From: Escherichia coli
GTDB lineage: Bacteria > Pseudomonadota > Gammaproteobacteria > Enterobacterales > Enterobacteriaceae
Length of the DNA: 64,000 nucleotides
NCBI RefSeq assembly: GCF_024223415.1
Contig: NZ_CP100500.1
Reading direction: 5' to 3' (one strand)
Shown: positions 1-12,969 of the stretch, in pieces
How the letters are laid out: every line of letters begins with the position of its first letter
How positions within the stretch are numbered: the stretch's first letter is position 1
Notes under the pieces: generated by a model
Databases searched by the model: none
What the model was told of the DNA's origin: nothing
The model's input: only the letters and a program-made list of their open reading frames with translations
Translations under genes and position numbers: made by a program

Positions 1-602
1 ACGAGGTAGTGAGTAAAAAATGGCAGGGCAGAGCGGTAGTGACCTTCTGTCGTCGCCATATTGGTATTCCGCTGGAGAAAGCGCCAGGGGAGTGGGTACA
101 CAGTGTGGCTGCACCGCATGAGCTACCGGCATTATTGGCGCGTATTTATTTGATCGAGATGGAGAGCGACGATCCTGCTAACGCTCTGACGTCGACGGAC
201 AAAGCGGTCAGCGATAATGACGATATGATGATTCTGGTCGTGGATGATCATCCGATTAACCGACGTCTGCTGGCAGATCAGTTGGGATCGTTGGGCTATC
301 AATGTAAAACCGCGAATGATGGCGTCGATGCGCTTAATGTACTTAGCAAGAATCATATTGATATCGTGCTTAGCGACGTCAACATGCCAAATATGGATGG
401 TTACCGCTTGACGCAACGCATTCGTCAGTTGGGACTGACGTTGCCGGTAATCGGAGTAACTGCTAATGCGTTGGCTGAAGAGAAGCAGCGGTGTCTGGAG
501 TCCGGTATGGACAGCTGCCTCTCGAAGCCGGTAACGCTGGATGTGATAAAACAGACGCTGACGGTATATGCCGAGAGGGTCAGGAAATCGCGGGAATCGT
601 AG
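1..602 (+). CDS. rcsC: Sensor kinase RcsC, C-terminal receiver-domain fragment (5' end lies outside the window)
   Basis: Frame open to window edge; translation contains the response-regulator receiver motif (ILVVDDHPINRRLL...DVNMPNMDGY) and ends ...YAERVRKSRES; convergent with rcsB as in E. coli. Confidence 0.9.
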   Translation, partial: EVVSKKWQGRAVVTFCRRHIGIPLEKAPGEWVHSVAAPHELPALLARIYLIEMESDDPANALTSTDKAVSDNDDMMILVVDDHPINRRLLADQLGSLGYQCKTANDGVDALNVLSKNHIDIVLSDVNMPNMDGYRLTQRIRQLGLTLPVIGVTANALAEEKQRCLESGMDSCLSKPVTLDVIKQTLTVYAERVRKSRES

Positions 603-801
603 GACGGATAAGGTGTTTATGCCGCATCAGGCATTCAGTGCAAATGCCAGATGCGACGCTGACGCGTCTTATCTGGCCTACTTTAATGTAATCTGTTGAA
701 ATAATGGGAATCGTAGGACGGATAAGGCGTTTACGCCGCATCCGGCAATCGGTGCAAATGCCAGATAAGACACTAACGCGTCTTATCTGGCCTACAGGTG
801 A
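603..801. repeat. Two REP/BIME-type palindromic units between convergent rcsC and rcsB
   Basis: Near-identical ~90-bp copies (ggacggataaggtgtttatgccgcatc...gacgcgtcttatctggcctac) at about 603-690 and 710-800. Confidence 0.6.
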
Positions 802-1452
802 TTAGTCTTTATCTGCCGGACTTAAGGTCACTGAAGAGAGATAATTCAGCAGGGCGATATCGTTCTCGACACCCAGCTTCATCATCGCAGATTTCTTCTG
901 GCTACTGATGGTTTTAATACTGCGGTTCAGCTTTTTAGCGATCTCGGTCACCAGGAAGCCTTCCGCAAACAGGCGCAGAACTTCACTCTCTTTTGGCGAG
1001 AGACGCTTGTCACCGTAACCACCAGCACTGATTTTTTCCAACAGGCGAGAAACGCTTTCCGGGGTAAATTTCTTCCCTTTCTGCAGCGCGGCGAGAGCTT
1101 TCGGCAGATCGGTCGGTGCACCTTGTTTCAGCACGATCCCTTCGATATCCAGATCCAATACCGCACTAAGAATCGCCGGGTTGTTGTTCATAGTCAGAAC
1201 AATGATCGACAGGCTTGGGAAATGGCGCTTGATGTACTTGATTAAGGTAATGCCATCGCCGTACTTATCGCCAGGCATGGAGAGATCGGTAATCAACACA
1301 TGCGCATCCAGTTTCGGCAGGTTGTTGATCAGTGCTGTAGAGTCTTCAAATTCGCCGACAACATTCACCCACTCAATTTGCTCAAGTGATTTGCGAATAC
1401 CGAACAAGACTATCGGATGGTCATCGGCAATAATTACGTTCATATTGTTCAT
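802..1452 (-). CDS. rcsB: Response regulator RcsB (LuxR/FixJ family)
   Basis: ORF 802-1497; probable start at MNNMNVIIADDHPIV giving 216 aa; receiver domain plus C-terminal HTH. Confidence 0.95.
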   Translation of the reverse strand: MNNMNVIIADDHPIVLFGIRKSLEQIEWVNVVGEFEDSTALINNLPKLDAHVLITDLSMPGDKYGDGITLIKYIKRHFPSLSIIVLTMNNNPAILSAVLDLDIEGIVLKQGAPTDLPKALAALQKGKKFTPESVSRLLEKISAGGYGDKRLSPKESEVLRLFAEGFLVTEIAKKLNRSIKTISSQKKSAMMKLGVENDIALLNYLSSVTLSPADKD

Positions 1453-1468
1453 GTAATAGGCTACCTTG

Positions 1469-4141
1469 CTACAGCAAGCTCTTGACATAACTGTCAATGT
1501 CGCTGATGTATTTTTCTATTCCTGGAACATCCTTCTCACGAATCAGATGTTCCAGCGTTTCACATAACTGCTTGCCGGGTACCAGATTTAGCATGGCAAA
1601 TACGCCTTTAAGACGATGAGCCGTTTGGGCTAACGCAGCAAAGTCACTGGTTGCTGCTTCAGTATACAGCCTCTTAACATCATCCGGTACTGTGTCTACA
1701 AAGAGCGCATAATAGCCGCTGGCATGGAGTTGCGCATTTTCATCTCCGCCCAGAGGCGATTCTGTCACCTCTTCCTGCGCCAGTTGCACTTCAATTAATT
1801 GTAAGACCGCTTCCTGCATAGCGTTGCTCATATTGAAGTTGACGCACAATTGACCAGGCCCAATTTCTCGTACGCCAGACTCATCATCGCTTAAAAGCAA
1901 GCCAGAGGCAGTAAGATTAGACGGATTATCCGTTAAAAAGATATCATAATCTTGACTAATTAATCTTTCATCGGGTGTGATACAGGTTGCACCCCAATTT
2001 TCTAACTGGCGAGTGACAATATTCCGAATTTCTGCCGAAGTAACATCCACCATTACGCAGACATCATCCAGTAAACGCTCTTCTTCCTCTTCAACTTCCG
2101 GGTCAGCTGCGAGCATTTTGATATGCACAGAGTAGCGTGTACCAAGCCCATCCCGCGTTTTGATGTTTAAATGACCGCCCAGTTTACGTGCCAGTTGATC
2201 GCTCAGCCAGAATGCCAGCGGGTCCGCCTTGCCATAGCGATCGTTTTGGGTCTGGTTGATAAACGGGAAGTGCAAATTATCCATTTCATGAATGCTTACG
2301 CCTTCTCCGGTGTCCAGAATGCGGAACGTCAGGCGGTCTTCGGAGGACTCATCCTGATCAACCTCAAGGGTGATTTTTCCCAATTGCGTTGAGGTCACGG
2401 CATATTGCATCAGTAGCAGCAAAATACGTCGTAAGGCATCGCGATCGCCGCGGCGCATATCGTGTGCTTTCAGATGATTGTTAATCAGCAGTTGCAGACC
2501 TTTACGCTTGATGGCAGGCAACACTGAAGGCACAACTTCATCAATTAAATCCTGCACGGAGAACAGCACCGTCTCACTTTTCCAGCTATCGTCCGCAAGC
2601 ATGTTCGCTAACTGTATTTCATCGACCAGCCGCACCAGCACATCTGCCTGATTCGCCAGTTGTTTGCTTTCCGGGGCGTTGAGTTTAGCCGCGCTCTCCG
2701 CCAGGGACTGTGCAGGTTCTTTCAGCGCATCGCCAATGTTTTTCATAAAGGTCATCCGCCCCTGCTGGTTTTTCTCATACAGACGCTGCGCCTGCTTGAG
2801 TTTCTTGTTTACCAGCACTTCGCGATCCTGATCGCGAATAATGAAAATTTGTGTGCGCGGCGCAACCTGGCTGCGGAACATGCGGATCTCATACAGCTCG
2901 TTATTGATCGTCGCCTGAATAATCCCCTGATGCTGTTCCGCCATGGTGGTGATGTTTTGCAGATTCAAATGCGGCAGCAAATGATCGGCAATTTTGTTAC
3001 TTATGACAGTGCGGTTCGATTCCTGATCGTGAACCAGCAGGCCGAGCGGCAGCAGTGAGACTATCTCTTCATTGATTGCCCGTAAAATGCGCAATTCGTT
3101 ATTGACCGCCGTGCTGGGGACGCTTTCTGTACTGCGGCTGGAGAAATGGCGGAATGTGGTATAGCCAAATAACGCCAGCGCCAGCAAACCGATGTTCAGC
3201 AGCAGTGGCAGCAGAATGTTTTGCAACGTATCCAGCAGTAAGGTGCCATAAGGAACCTGCCAGACCAGTCGCATATCGGTAGAGTTGAGTGCCGAGGAGA
3301 TTTCAATCTTCGTACTGTTAAAGTGGATACTGACGCTATCCGTCCCTTCTTTCTCATTATCATTGTCTCCCGTTGCCGTCGCGTCTGGCTCAAGGCGGAA
3401 ACTGTCCAGCGGCATACCCGGTGGGATCAAATCATTAATCGGCAGATCAAAAGCCACGACCGTTGCCAGATGTCCCGGCTGGTTGAACGTGGTACGCAAG
3501 GTAAAGTAATGACCGTTCTGCCAGGCCAGGCGGCGCATGTTAGAAAAACTTTCGCGTTCATCGAGGGCGTTGGCCTGTTGCAACATCTCTGCACGACGTG
3601 AATCAACAATGTCACTGACGGTCGATTCTTTAAATCCGGAGGTGAGATCTTTGAGGGGCAGGGTTGAGATCAGCACCAGACTGTTATCCTGACCATTCAG
3701 GTAATACATTGACCACGGTACATTTTCTGCGCCCCACAATGTGTCCAGATAGGTGGACATCCGCTGAGTCATCTCAAGCGTTGAGTTGTCGTGAGAGCCA
3801 AAGATTAACGCTTCCGTTTTGCGACGCGGTTTTTCCAGATAGTAGACATCCTGTTTCAGGCGCGTCTCTTGTAAACCTTCGCCGGAGGAGGGGGAGGTCG
3901 TCGCGGCAATGTTGTCGTAGATCTGCCAGGTCACGTAACGCCAGGTATCGACGCGCTTTTGGATAGCGTGGGTAATGTCGACAATCTGGTAACTTTTATC
4001 TTTCAGCCAGGCGTTAACGGCGCTTTGTACCATTACCCCCATCGTCACCAGTAACACAATGATCAACAGTAAAAAGAAGCGGGTAATGCTCCCCGGTAGG
4101 AGTGAAAAGCGGGTCGTGGCCGTTGTCTCTTTCTGACGCAT
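1469..4141 (-). CDS. rcsD: Phosphotransfer intermediate RcsD (YojN)
   Basis: 890-aa ORF directly upstream of rcsB on the same strand; N-terminal membrane segments; length and position match RcsD. Confidence 0.9.
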   Translation of the reverse strand: MRQKETTATTRFSLLPGSITRFFLLLIIVLLVTMGVMVQSAVNAWLKDKSYQIVDITHAIQKRVDTWRYVTWQIYDNIAATTSPSSGEGLQETRLKQDVYYLEKPRRKTEALIFGSHDNSTLEMTQRMSTYLDTLWGAENVPWSMYYLNGQDNSLVLISTLPLKDLTSGFKESTVSDIVDSRRAEMLQQANALDERESFSNMRRLAWQNGHYFTLRTTFNQPGHLATVVAFDLPINDLIPPGMPLDSFRLEPDATATGDNDNEKEGTDSVSIHFNSTKIEISSALNSTDMRLVWQVPYGTLLLDTLQNILLPLLLNIGLLALALFGYTTFRHFSSRSTESVPSTAVNNELRILRAINEEIVSLLPLGLLVHDQESNRTVISNKIADHLLPHLNLQNITTMAEQHQGIIQATINNELYEIRMFRSQVAPRTQIFIIRDQDREVLVNKKLKQAQRLYEKNQQGRMTFMKNIGDALKEPAQSLAESAAKLNAPESKQLANQADVLVRLVDEIQLANMLADDSWKSETVLFSVQDLIDEVVPSVLPAIKRKGLQLLINNHLKAHDMRRGDRDALRRILLLLMQYAVTSTQLGKITLEVDQDESSEDRLTFRILDTGEGVSIHEMDNLHFPFINQTQNDRYGKADPLAFWLSDQLARKLGGHLNIKTRDGLGTRYSVHIKMLAADPEVEEEEERLLDDVCVMVDVTSAEIRNIVTRQLENWGATCITPDERLISQDYDIFLTDNPSNLTASGLLLSDDESGVREIGPGQLCVNFNMSNAMQEAVLQLIEVQLAQEEVTESPLGGDENAQLHASGYYALFVDTVPDDVKRLYTEAATSDFAALAQTAHRLKGVFAMLNLVPGKQLCETLEHLIREKDVPGIEKYISDIDSYVKSLL

Positions 4142-4452
4142 TCGTGTTTATGACCTGTTAAAACTTCGCGAAGTGATAGGGCAGTATAAAGGGTACAGTG
4201 TGAAATTCCAGACTCTTACCTGATTGATGATTCTCTATTCTCCCGTGATATTTATCATCCTGCATTGGGGGAAATAGATGTACAAGCGCCATTTTGCTGT
4301 ACAAATAACCTACAAAAAGCCCAACGAAAATAATTGCAAATAAACAAAGATTGCTGGAAATTATGCTGATGTTAATTATTTGTGAAATAGTTAACAAGCG
4401 TTATAGTTTTTCTCTGGTAGCACAGAATAATGAAAAGTGTGTAAAGAAGGGT

Positions 4453-4545
4453 AAAAAAAACCGGATGCGAGGCATCCGGTTGAAATAGGGGTAAACAGAC
4501 ATTCAGAAATGAATGACGGTAATAAATAAAGTTAATGATGATAGC
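4453..4545 (-). ncRNA. micF: micF antisense sRNA
   Basis: Reverse complement reads GCTATCATCATTAACTTTATTTATTACCGTCATTCATTTCTGAATGTCTGTTTACCCCTATTTCAACCGGATGCCTCGCATCCGGTTTTTTTT with a terminal hairpin and U-run; divergent from ompC. Confidence 0.85.
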
Positions 4546-4879
4546 GGGAGTTATTCTAGTTGCGAGTGAAGGTTTTGTTTTGACATTCAGTGCTGTCAAA
4601 TACTTAAGAATAAGTTATTGATTTTAACCTTGAATTATTATTGCTTGATGTTAGGTGCTTATTTCGCCATTCCGCAATAATCTTAAAAAGTTCCCTTCTA
4701 TTTACATTTTGAAACATCTATAGCGATAAATGAAACATCTTAAAAGTTTTAGTATCATATTCGTGTTGGATTATTCTGCATTTTTGGGGAGAATGGACTT
4801 GCCGACTGATTAATGAGGGTTAATCAGTATGCAGTGGCATAAAAAAGCAAATAAAGGCATATAACAGAGGGTTAATAAC
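4546..4879. promoter_or_regulatory. Divergent micF/ompC control region (OmpR-regulated promoters expected)
   Basis: AT-rich ~330-bp intergenic region between micF and ompC starts; individual binding sites not mapped here. Confidence 0.5.
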
Positions 4880-5992
4880 ATGAAAGTTAAAGTACTGTCC
4901 CTCCTGGTCCCAGCTCTGCTGGTAGCAGGCGCAGCAAACGCTGCTGAAGTTTACAACAAAGACGGCAACAAATTAGATCTGTACGGTAAAGTAGACGGCC
5001 TGCACTATTTCTCCGACAACGATAAGGTTGATGGCGACAAGACCTACATGCGTCTTGGCTTCAAAGGTGAAACTCAGGTTACTGACCAGCTGACCGGTTA
5101 CGGCCAGTGGGAATATCAGATCCAGGGCAACGCTCCTGAAAGCGAAAACAACTCCTGGACCCGTGTGGCATTTGCTGGTCTGAAATTCCAGGACGTTGGT
5201 TCTTTCGACTACGGTCGTAACTACGGCGTTGTTTACGACGTAACCTCCTGGACCGACGTGCTGCCAGAATTCGGTGGCGACACCTACGGTTCTGACAACT
5301 TCATGCAGCAGCGTGGTAACGGCTTCGCGACCTACCGTAACACCGACTTCTTCGGTCTGGTTGACGGCCTGAACTTTGCTGTTCAGTACCAGGGCAAAAA
5401 CGGTAGCGTAAGCGGCGAAGGCATGACCAACAACGGTCGTGATGCTCTTGAGCAGAACGGTGACGGTGTTGGTGGTTCTATCACTTATGACATCGGTGAA
5501 GGCTTCAGCTTCGGTGGTGCGATCTCCAGCTCCAAACGCACCGCAGAGCAGAACAACAGTGCTCGTTTCATCGGTAATGGTGATCGTGCAGAAACCTACA
5601 CTGGTGGTCTGAAATACGACGCTAACAACATCTACCTGGCTGCTCAGTACACCCAGACTTATAACGCAACTCTGGCTGGTGATTTAGGCTGGGCGAACAA
5701 AGCCCAGAACTTTGAAGTGGTTGCCCAGTATCAGTTCGACTTCGGTCTGCGTCCTTCTGTTGCTTACCTGCAGTCCAAAGGTAAAAATCTGAATGCCAAC
5801 ATCGCTGGTCGTACTTACGACGACGAAGATCTGGTGAAATATGTTGATGTTGGTGCTACCTACTACTTCAACAAAAACATGTCCACCTATGTTGATTACA
5901 AAATCAACCTGCTGGACGACAATAACTTCACCCGCGCTGCTGGCATCAACACTGATGACATCGTAGCTCTGGGTCTGGTTTACCAGTTCTAA
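4880..5992 (+). CDS. ompC: Outer membrane porin OmpC
   Basis: 370-aa ORF, signal peptide [21 protein letters not shown], porin motifs, C-terminal ...LGLVYQF; strong SD (gaggg) upstream. Confidence 0.95.
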   Translation: MKVKVLSLLVPALLVAGAANAAEVYNKDGNKLDLYGKVDGLHYFSDNDKVDGDKTYMRLGFKGETQVTDQLTGYGQWEYQIQGNAPESENNSWTRVAFAGLKFQDVGSFDYGRNYGVVYDVTSWTDVLPEFGGDTYGSDNFMQQRGNGFATYRNTDFFGLVDGLNFAVQYQGKNGSVSGEGMTNNGRDALEQNGDGVGGSITYDIGEGFSFGGAISSSKRTAEQNNSARFIGNGDRAETYTGGLKYDANNIYLAAQYTQTYNATLAGDLGWANKAQNFEVVAQYQFDFGLRPSVAYLQSKGKNLNANIAGRTYDDEDLVKYVDVGATYYFNKNMSTYVDYKINLLDDNNFTRAAGINTDDIVALGLVYQF

Positions 5993-6010
5993 TCTCGATT
6001 TCTATCGAAC

Positions 6011-6034
6011 AAAGGGCCTGCGGGCCCTTTTTTC
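6011..6034 (+). terminator. Rho-independent terminator after ompC
   Basis: Hairpin gggcctgcgggccc followed by a T-run. Confidence 0.6.
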
Positions 6035-6103
6035 ATTGTTTTCAGCGTACAAACTCAGTTTTTTGGTGTACTCTTGCGACCGTTCGCATGAGGATAATCA
6101 CGT

Positions 6104-7159
6104 ATGGAAATAAGCTTTACCCGCGTGGCACTGCTGGCTGCCGCGCTCTTCTTTGTTGGTTGCGATCAAAAACCACAACCCGCCAAAACCCACGCTACTG
6201 AAGTTACCGTTCTTGAAGGCAAAACTATGGGTACCTTCTGGCGTGCCAGCATCCCGGGCATTGACGCCAAACGCAGCGCCGAACTTAAAGAAAAGATTCA
6301 GACCCAGCTGGACGCCGACGATCAGCTGCTTTCGACCTATAAAAAAGATTCCGCGCTGATGCGCTTTAACGATTCGCAAAGTTTATCGCCGTGGCCGATA
6401 AGTGAAGCGATGGCCGAAATCGTCACTACCTCGCTGCGCATTGGCGCAAGGACCGATGGCGCGATGGATATAACCGTCGGGCCGCTGGTGAATCTGTGGG
6501 GCTTTGGCCCGGAACAACAGCCGGTTCAAATTCCGAGCCAGGAACAGATCGATGCGATGAAAGCCAAAACCGGCTTACAGCACCTGACGGTCATTAATCA
6601 GTCGCATCAGCAATATCTGCAAAAAGACCTGCCGGATTTATATGTCGATCTCTCCACCGTCGGTGAAGGTTATGCGGCGGATCACCTGGCACGCTTGATG
6701 GAGCAGGAAGGGATTTCCCGCTATCTGGTGTCGGTGGGCGGCGCGCTGAACAGCCGTGGTATGAACGGTGAAGGCCAGCCGTGGCGGGTAGCGATTCAAA
6801 AGCCAACCGATAAAGAAAATGCGGTTCAGGCCGTGGTGGATATCAACGGTCATGGTATTAGCACCTCTGGCAGCTACCGTAACTATTACGAACTGGACGG
6901 CAAACGTCTTTCCCATGTTATCGATCCGCAAACCGGGCGTCCCATCGAACACAATCTGGTATCTGTGACGGTGATTGCTCCGACGGCGCTGGAAGCCGAT
7001 GCCTGGGATACTGGCTTGATGGTCCTCGGGCCGGAGAAAGCCAAAGAGGTTGTTCGCCGGGAAGGGCTGGCGGTTTATATGATCACCAAAGAAGGCGATA
7101 GCTTTAAAACCTGGATGTCACCACAGTTTAAAAGCTTCCTTGTCAGCGAAAAAAATTAA
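6104..7159 (+). CDS. apbE: FAD:protein FMN transferase ApbE (lipoprotein)
   Basis: 351-aa ORF with lipobox (LFFVGC); position between ompC and ada. Confidence 0.85.
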   Translation: MEISFTRVALLAAALFFVGCDQKPQPAKTHATEVTVLEGKTMGTFWRASIPGIDAKRSAELKEKIQTQLDADDQLLSTYKKDSALMRFNDSQSLSPWPISEAMAEIVTTSLRIGARTDGAMDITVGPLVNLWGFGPEQQPVQIPSQEQIDAMKAKTGLQHLTVINQSHQQYLQKDLPDLYVDLSTVGEGYAADHLARLMEQEGISRYLVSVGGALNSRGMNGEGQPWRVAIQKPTDKENAVQAVVDINGHGISTSGSYRNYYELDGKRLSHVIDPQTGRPIEHNLVSVTVIAPTALEADAWDTGLMVLGPEKAKEVVRREGLAVYMITKEGDSFKTWMSPQFKSFLVSEKN

Positions 7160-7232
7160 AGCGCAAGATTGTTGGTTTTTGCGTGATGGTGGCCGGGCAG
7201 ACTAAAGGCTATCCTTAACCAGGGAGCTGATT

Positions 7233-8297
7233 ATGAAAAACGCCACATGCTTAACTGACGATCAACGCTGGCAATCTGTCTTAGCCCGCGACCCGAATGC
7301 CGACGGCGAATTCGTTTTCGCCGTGCGCACCACAGGCATCTTTTGCCGTCCGTCTTGCCGCGCCAGACATGCTTTGCGGGAAAACGTCTCCTTCTACGCA
7401 AATGCCAGCGAGGCACTCGCCGCCGGATTTCGCCCCTGCAAACGCTGCCAACCTGATAAAGCCAATGCCCAGCAACATCGGTTGGATAAAATCACCCACG
7501 CGTGTCGACTGCTGGAACAGGAAACGCCTGTAACGCTGGAAGCCTTAGCCGACCAGGTGGCGATGAGTCCGTTCCATCTGCATCGGTTGTTTAAAGCGAC
7601 TACCGGAATGACGCCTAAAGCCTGGCAACAGGCCTGGCGCGCTCGCCGTTTGCGCGAATCGCTGGCGAAAGGGGAGAGCGTGAAGACGTCTATTCTTAAT
7701 GCCGGATTCCCCGACAGCAGCAGTTACTACCGCAAAGCCGATGAAACGCTGGGCATGACGGCTAAACAATTCCGTCACGGTGGCGAAAATCTGGCGGTGC
7801 GTTACGCGCTGGCTGATTGTGAGCTGGGTCGTTGCCTGGTGGCAGAAAGCGAGCGGGGGATTTGCGCGATATTGCTGGGCGATGATGACGCGACACTAAT
7901 CAGCGAGTTGCAGCAGATGTTTCCCGCTGCCGACAACGCGCCTGCCGATCTGACGTTTCAGCAACATGTGCGTGAAGTGATCGCCAGCCTCAATCAACGC
8001 GATACGCCGCTGACGTTACCGCTGGATATTCGCGGCACTGCTTTTCAGCAACAAGTCTGGCAGGCACTGCGCACGATACCTTGCGGTGAAACCGTCAGTT
8101 ATCAGCAACTGGCTAACGCCATCGGCAAACCGAAAGCGGTACGGGCCGTTGCCAGTGCCTGTGCCGCCAACAAGCTGGCTATCGTAATTCCCTGTCATCG
8201 AGTGGTCCGTGGTGATGGCACACTTTCCGGTTACCGCTGGGGCGTGTCGCGTAAAGCGCAACTGCTGCGCCGCGAAGCTGAAAATGAGGAGAGGTAA
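7233..8297 (+). CDS. ada: Ada: O6-methylguanine-DNA methyltransferase / transcriptional regulator
   Basis: 354-aa ORF; N-terminal Cys cluster (FCRPSCRARHA), AraC-type HTH, C-terminal PCHRV active site. Confidence 0.9.
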   Translation: MKNATCLTDDQRWQSVLARDPNADGEFVFAVRTTGIFCRPSCRARHALRENVSFYANASEALAAGFRPCKRCQPDKANAQQHRLDKITHACRLLEQETPVTLEALADQVAMSPFHLHRLFKATTGMTPKAWQQAWRARRLRESLAKGESVKTSILNAGFPDSSSYYRKADETLGMTAKQFRHGGENLAVRYALADCELGRCLVAESERGICAILLGDDDATLISELQQMFPAADNAPADLTFQQHVREVIASLNQRDTPLTLPLDIRGTAFQQQVWQALRTIPCGETVSYQQLANAIGKPKAVRAVASACAANKLAIVIPCHRVVRGDGTLSGYRWGVSRKAQLLRREAENEER

Positions 8298-8947
8298 TGT
8301 TGGATCTGTTTGCCGATGCTGAACCGTGGCAAGAGCCACTGGCGGCTGGTGCGGTGATTTTACGGCGTTTTGCTTTTAACGCTGCAGAGCAACTAATCCG
8401 CGATATTAATGACGTTGCCAGCCAGTCGCCGTTTCGCCAGATGGTCACCCCCGGGGGATATACCATGTCGGTGGCGATGACCAACTGTGGGCATCTGGGC
8501 TGGACGACCCATCGGCAAGGTTATCTCTATTCGCCCATTGATCCGCAAACAAATAAACCGTGGCCCGCCATGCCGCAGAGTTTTCATAATTTATGTCAAC
8601 GTGCGGCTACGGCGGCGGGCTATCCAGATTTCCAGCCAGATGTTTGTCTTATCAACCGCTACGCTCCTGGCGCGAAACTGTCGCTGCATCAGGATAAAGA
8701 CGAACCGGATCTGCGCGCGCCAATTGTTTCTGTTTCTCTGGGCTTACCCGCGATTTTTCAATTTGGTGGCCTGAAACGTAATGATCCGCTCAAACGTTTG
8801 TTGTTGGAACATGGCGATGTGGTGGTATGGGGCGGTGAATCGCGGCTGTTTTATCACGGTATTCAACCGTTGAAAGCGGGGTTTCATCCACTCACCACCG
8901 ACTGCCGCTACAACCTGACATTCCGTCAGGCAGGTAAAAAAGAATAA
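8297..8947 (+). CDS. alkB: Alpha-ketoglutarate-dependent dioxygenase AlkB
   Basis: 216-aa ORF overlapping the ada stop (ATG/TAA overlap); HxD...H motif (LHQDKDE). Confidence 0.9.
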   Translation: MLDLFADAEPWQEPLAAGAVILRRFAFNAAEQLIRDINDVASQSPFRQMVTPGGYTMSVAMTNCGHLGWTTHRQGYLYSPIDPQTNKPWPAMPQSFHNLCQRAATAAGYPDFQPDVCLINRYAPGAKLSLHQDKDEPDLRAPIVSVSLGLPAIFQFGGLKRNDPLKRLLLEHGDVVVWGGESRLFYHGIQPLKAGFHPLTTDCRYNLTFRQAGKKE

Positions 8948-9022
8948 AAATAAGAATTATTATTGCTGTGCGCGCGAAGATGTTTAAACTGCGGGCTGTA
9001 ATTCATTGTCCGGGTTTTCTGC

Positions 9023-10666
9023 ATGGAACTTCTTGTACTTGTCTGGCGGCAGTATCGCTGGCCATTTATCAGTGTGATGGCGCTAAGCCTCGCCAGTGCG
9101 GCTTTAGGCATTGGCTTAATTGCTTTTATCAATCAGCGCCTTATCGAAACGGCGGATACCAGTCTGCTGGTGTTGCCGGAGTTTCTGGGATTATTGCTGC
9201 TGTTGATGGCAGTCACTCTCGGATCGCAACTGGCGCTCACCACTTTGGGGCATCACTTCGTTTACCGACTGCGTAGTGAATTTATCAAGCGGATTCTGGA
9301 TACCCACGTCGAGCGCATTGAACAACTCGGTAGCGCCTCGTTGCTGGCGGGATTAACCAGCGATGTGCGCAATATCACCATTGCTTTTGTGCGTCTGCCG
9401 GAACTGGTGCAGGGGATCATTCTCACTATCGGTTCCGCGGCGTATCTGTGGATGCTGTCGGGCAAAATGTTGCTGGTAACGGCTATCTGGATGGCAGTCA
9501 CCATCTGGGGCGGTTTTGTGCTGGTGGCGCGGGTGTACAAACATATGGCGACCCTGCGTGAAACCGAAGACAAGCTGTACACGGATTTTCAAACTGTACT
9601 TGAAGGGCGCAAAGAGCTGACTCTGAACCGGGAACGCGCCGAGTATGTGTTTAACAACCTCTACATTCCTGATGCGCAAGAGTATCGCCATCATATTATT
9701 CGCGCAGACACCTTCCATCTTAGTGCCGTGAACTGGTCAAACATCATGATGCTGGGCGCTATCGGCCTGGTGTTCTGGATGGCGAACAGTCTCGGTTGGG
9801 CTGATACCAACGTTGCCGCGACCTATTCGTTGACGCTTTTATTCCTGCGTACGCCGCTGCTTTCGGCGGTTGGCGCATTGCCGACGCTGCTGACGGCGCA
9901 GGTGGCGTTTAACAAGCTGAACAAATTCGCGCTCGCGCCTTTCAAAGCAGAATTTCCGTGCCCGCAGGCGTTTCCAAACTGGCAAACGCTGGAGCTGCGT
10001 AATGTGACGTTTGCTTATCAGGATAACGCGTTTTCCGTTGGTCCGATTAATCTCACCATCAAACGTGGCGAGCTGCTGTTTCTGATTGGCGGCAACGGTA
10101 GCGGAAAATCGACGCTGGCGATGTTGTTGACGGGCTTGTATCAGCCACAAAACGGCGAAATCTTGCTGGATGGCAAACCTGTCAGCGGCGAACAACCGGA
10201 AGATTATCGCAAACTGTTTTCGGCAGTGTTTACCGATGTCTGGCTGTTTGATCAACTGCTGGGGCCGGAGGGTAAACCCGCTAACCCGCAACTGGTTGAG
10301 AAGTGGCTGGCGCAGCTGAAAATGGCTCATAAGCTTGAGTTAAGCAACGGGCGTATTGTTAACCTGAAGTTATCAAAAGGGCAGAAAAAACGCGTGGCGC
10401 TGTTGCTGGCGCTGGCAGAAGAACGCGATATTATCCTGCTGGATGAATGGGCGGCGGATCAGGATCCACACTTCCGTCGTGAGTTTTATCAGGTGTTGCT
10501 GCCGCTGATGCAGGAGATGGGTAAAACTATTTTCGCTATCAGTCATGATGATCATTACTTTATCCACGCCGACCGCCTGCTGGAAATGCGCAACGGGCAA
10601 CTTAGCGAGCTGACGGGCGAAGAGCGCGATGCTGCTTCGCGTGATGCCGTTGCCCGGACGGCATAA
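9023..10666 (+). CDS. yojI: ABC transporter permease/ATPase YojI
   Basis: 547-aa ORF; N-terminal TM domain, C-terminal Walker A (GGNGSGKST) and ABC signature. Confidence 0.85.
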   Translation: MELLVLVWRQYRWPFISVMALSLASAALGIGLIAFINQRLIETADTSLLVLPEFLGLLLLLMAVTLGSQLALTTLGHHFVYRLRSEFIKRILDTHVERIEQLGSASLLAGLTSDVRNITIAFVRLPELVQGIILTIGSAAYLWMLSGKMLLVTAIWMAVTIWGGFVLVARVYKHMATLRETEDKLYTDFQTVLEGRKELTLNRERAEYVFNNLYIPDAQEYRHHIIRADTFHLSAVNWSNIMMLGAIGLVFWMANSLGWADTNVAATYSLTLLFLRTPLLSAVGALPTLLTAQVAFNKLNKFALAPFKAEFPCPQAFPNWQTLELRNVTFAYQDNAFSVGPINLTIKRGELLFLIGGNGSGKSTLAMLLTGLYQPQNGEILLDGKPVSGEQPEDYRKLFSAVFTDVWLFDQLLGPEGKPANPQLVEKWLAQLKMAHKLELSNGRIVNLKLSKGQKKRVALLLALAEERDIILLDEWAADQDPHFRREFYQVLLPLMQEMGKTIFAISHDDHYFIHADRLLEMRNGQLSELTGEERDAASRDAVARTA

Positions 10667-10871
10667 TATTACGACGCTGACCTGGCGGACTGCTGCCGCC
10701 AGGTCAATATGCTACAAATCCCTTCATTTCTAATAACCCTATAATTAATCAACGAAATTATAATGTTTCTAAAATTAGAATATAATTTATAAACATTATT
10801 TAAATGTTGTTACTTAAGTGTTACCGTTGATGCCGCGCAAATCTCACCTGCAATAAAGCGACTAAAAGTAA

Positions 10872-12530
<1,659 letters not shown>

Positions 12531-12534
12531 TGAT

Positions 12535-12927
12535 GTGCCACATCCGGCATGGTATGCCGGATGTGGCGTATGCTGATAAGACGCGCCAGCGTCGCATCAG
12601 GCAACCGGCTTGGGTGTTAGATGTCGGATGCGGCGTAACCGACTTATTCGACCTACGGGGTGGAGCACTTCACAGCGGTGTAGGCCTGATAACACGCGTC
12701 AGCGTCGCATCAGGCAACCGGCTCGGGTGTTAGATGTCGGATGCGGCGTAACCGACTTATTCGACCTACGGGGTGGAGCACTTCACAGCGGTGTAGGCCT
12801 GATAAGACGCGTCAGCGTCGCATCAGGCAACCGGCTCGGACGTTGGATGTCGGATGCGGCGTAACCGCCTTATCCGACCTACGGGGTGGAGCACTTCACA
12901 GCGGTGTAGGCCTGATAACACGCGTCA
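12535..12927. repeat. Tandem BIME/REP array (about three ~130-bp units)
   Basis: Repeated units ...gatgtcggatgcggcgtaaccgacttattcgacctacggggtggagcacttcacagcggtgtaggcctgataa.acgcgtcagcgtcgcatcaggcaaccggctcgg... Confidence 0.7.
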
Positions 12928-12969
12928 TGAACTGCACCCCAAATGTTGGACATAATCTGACATCTGAAG

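Noticed and set aside
12535-12927. Tandem ~130-bp repeats after mqo considered as a possible CRISPR or protein-coding repeat
   Set aside because: Units are contiguous palindromic REP/BIME sequences without unique spacers; the overlapping ORFs (12530-12995) are translations of the repeats.
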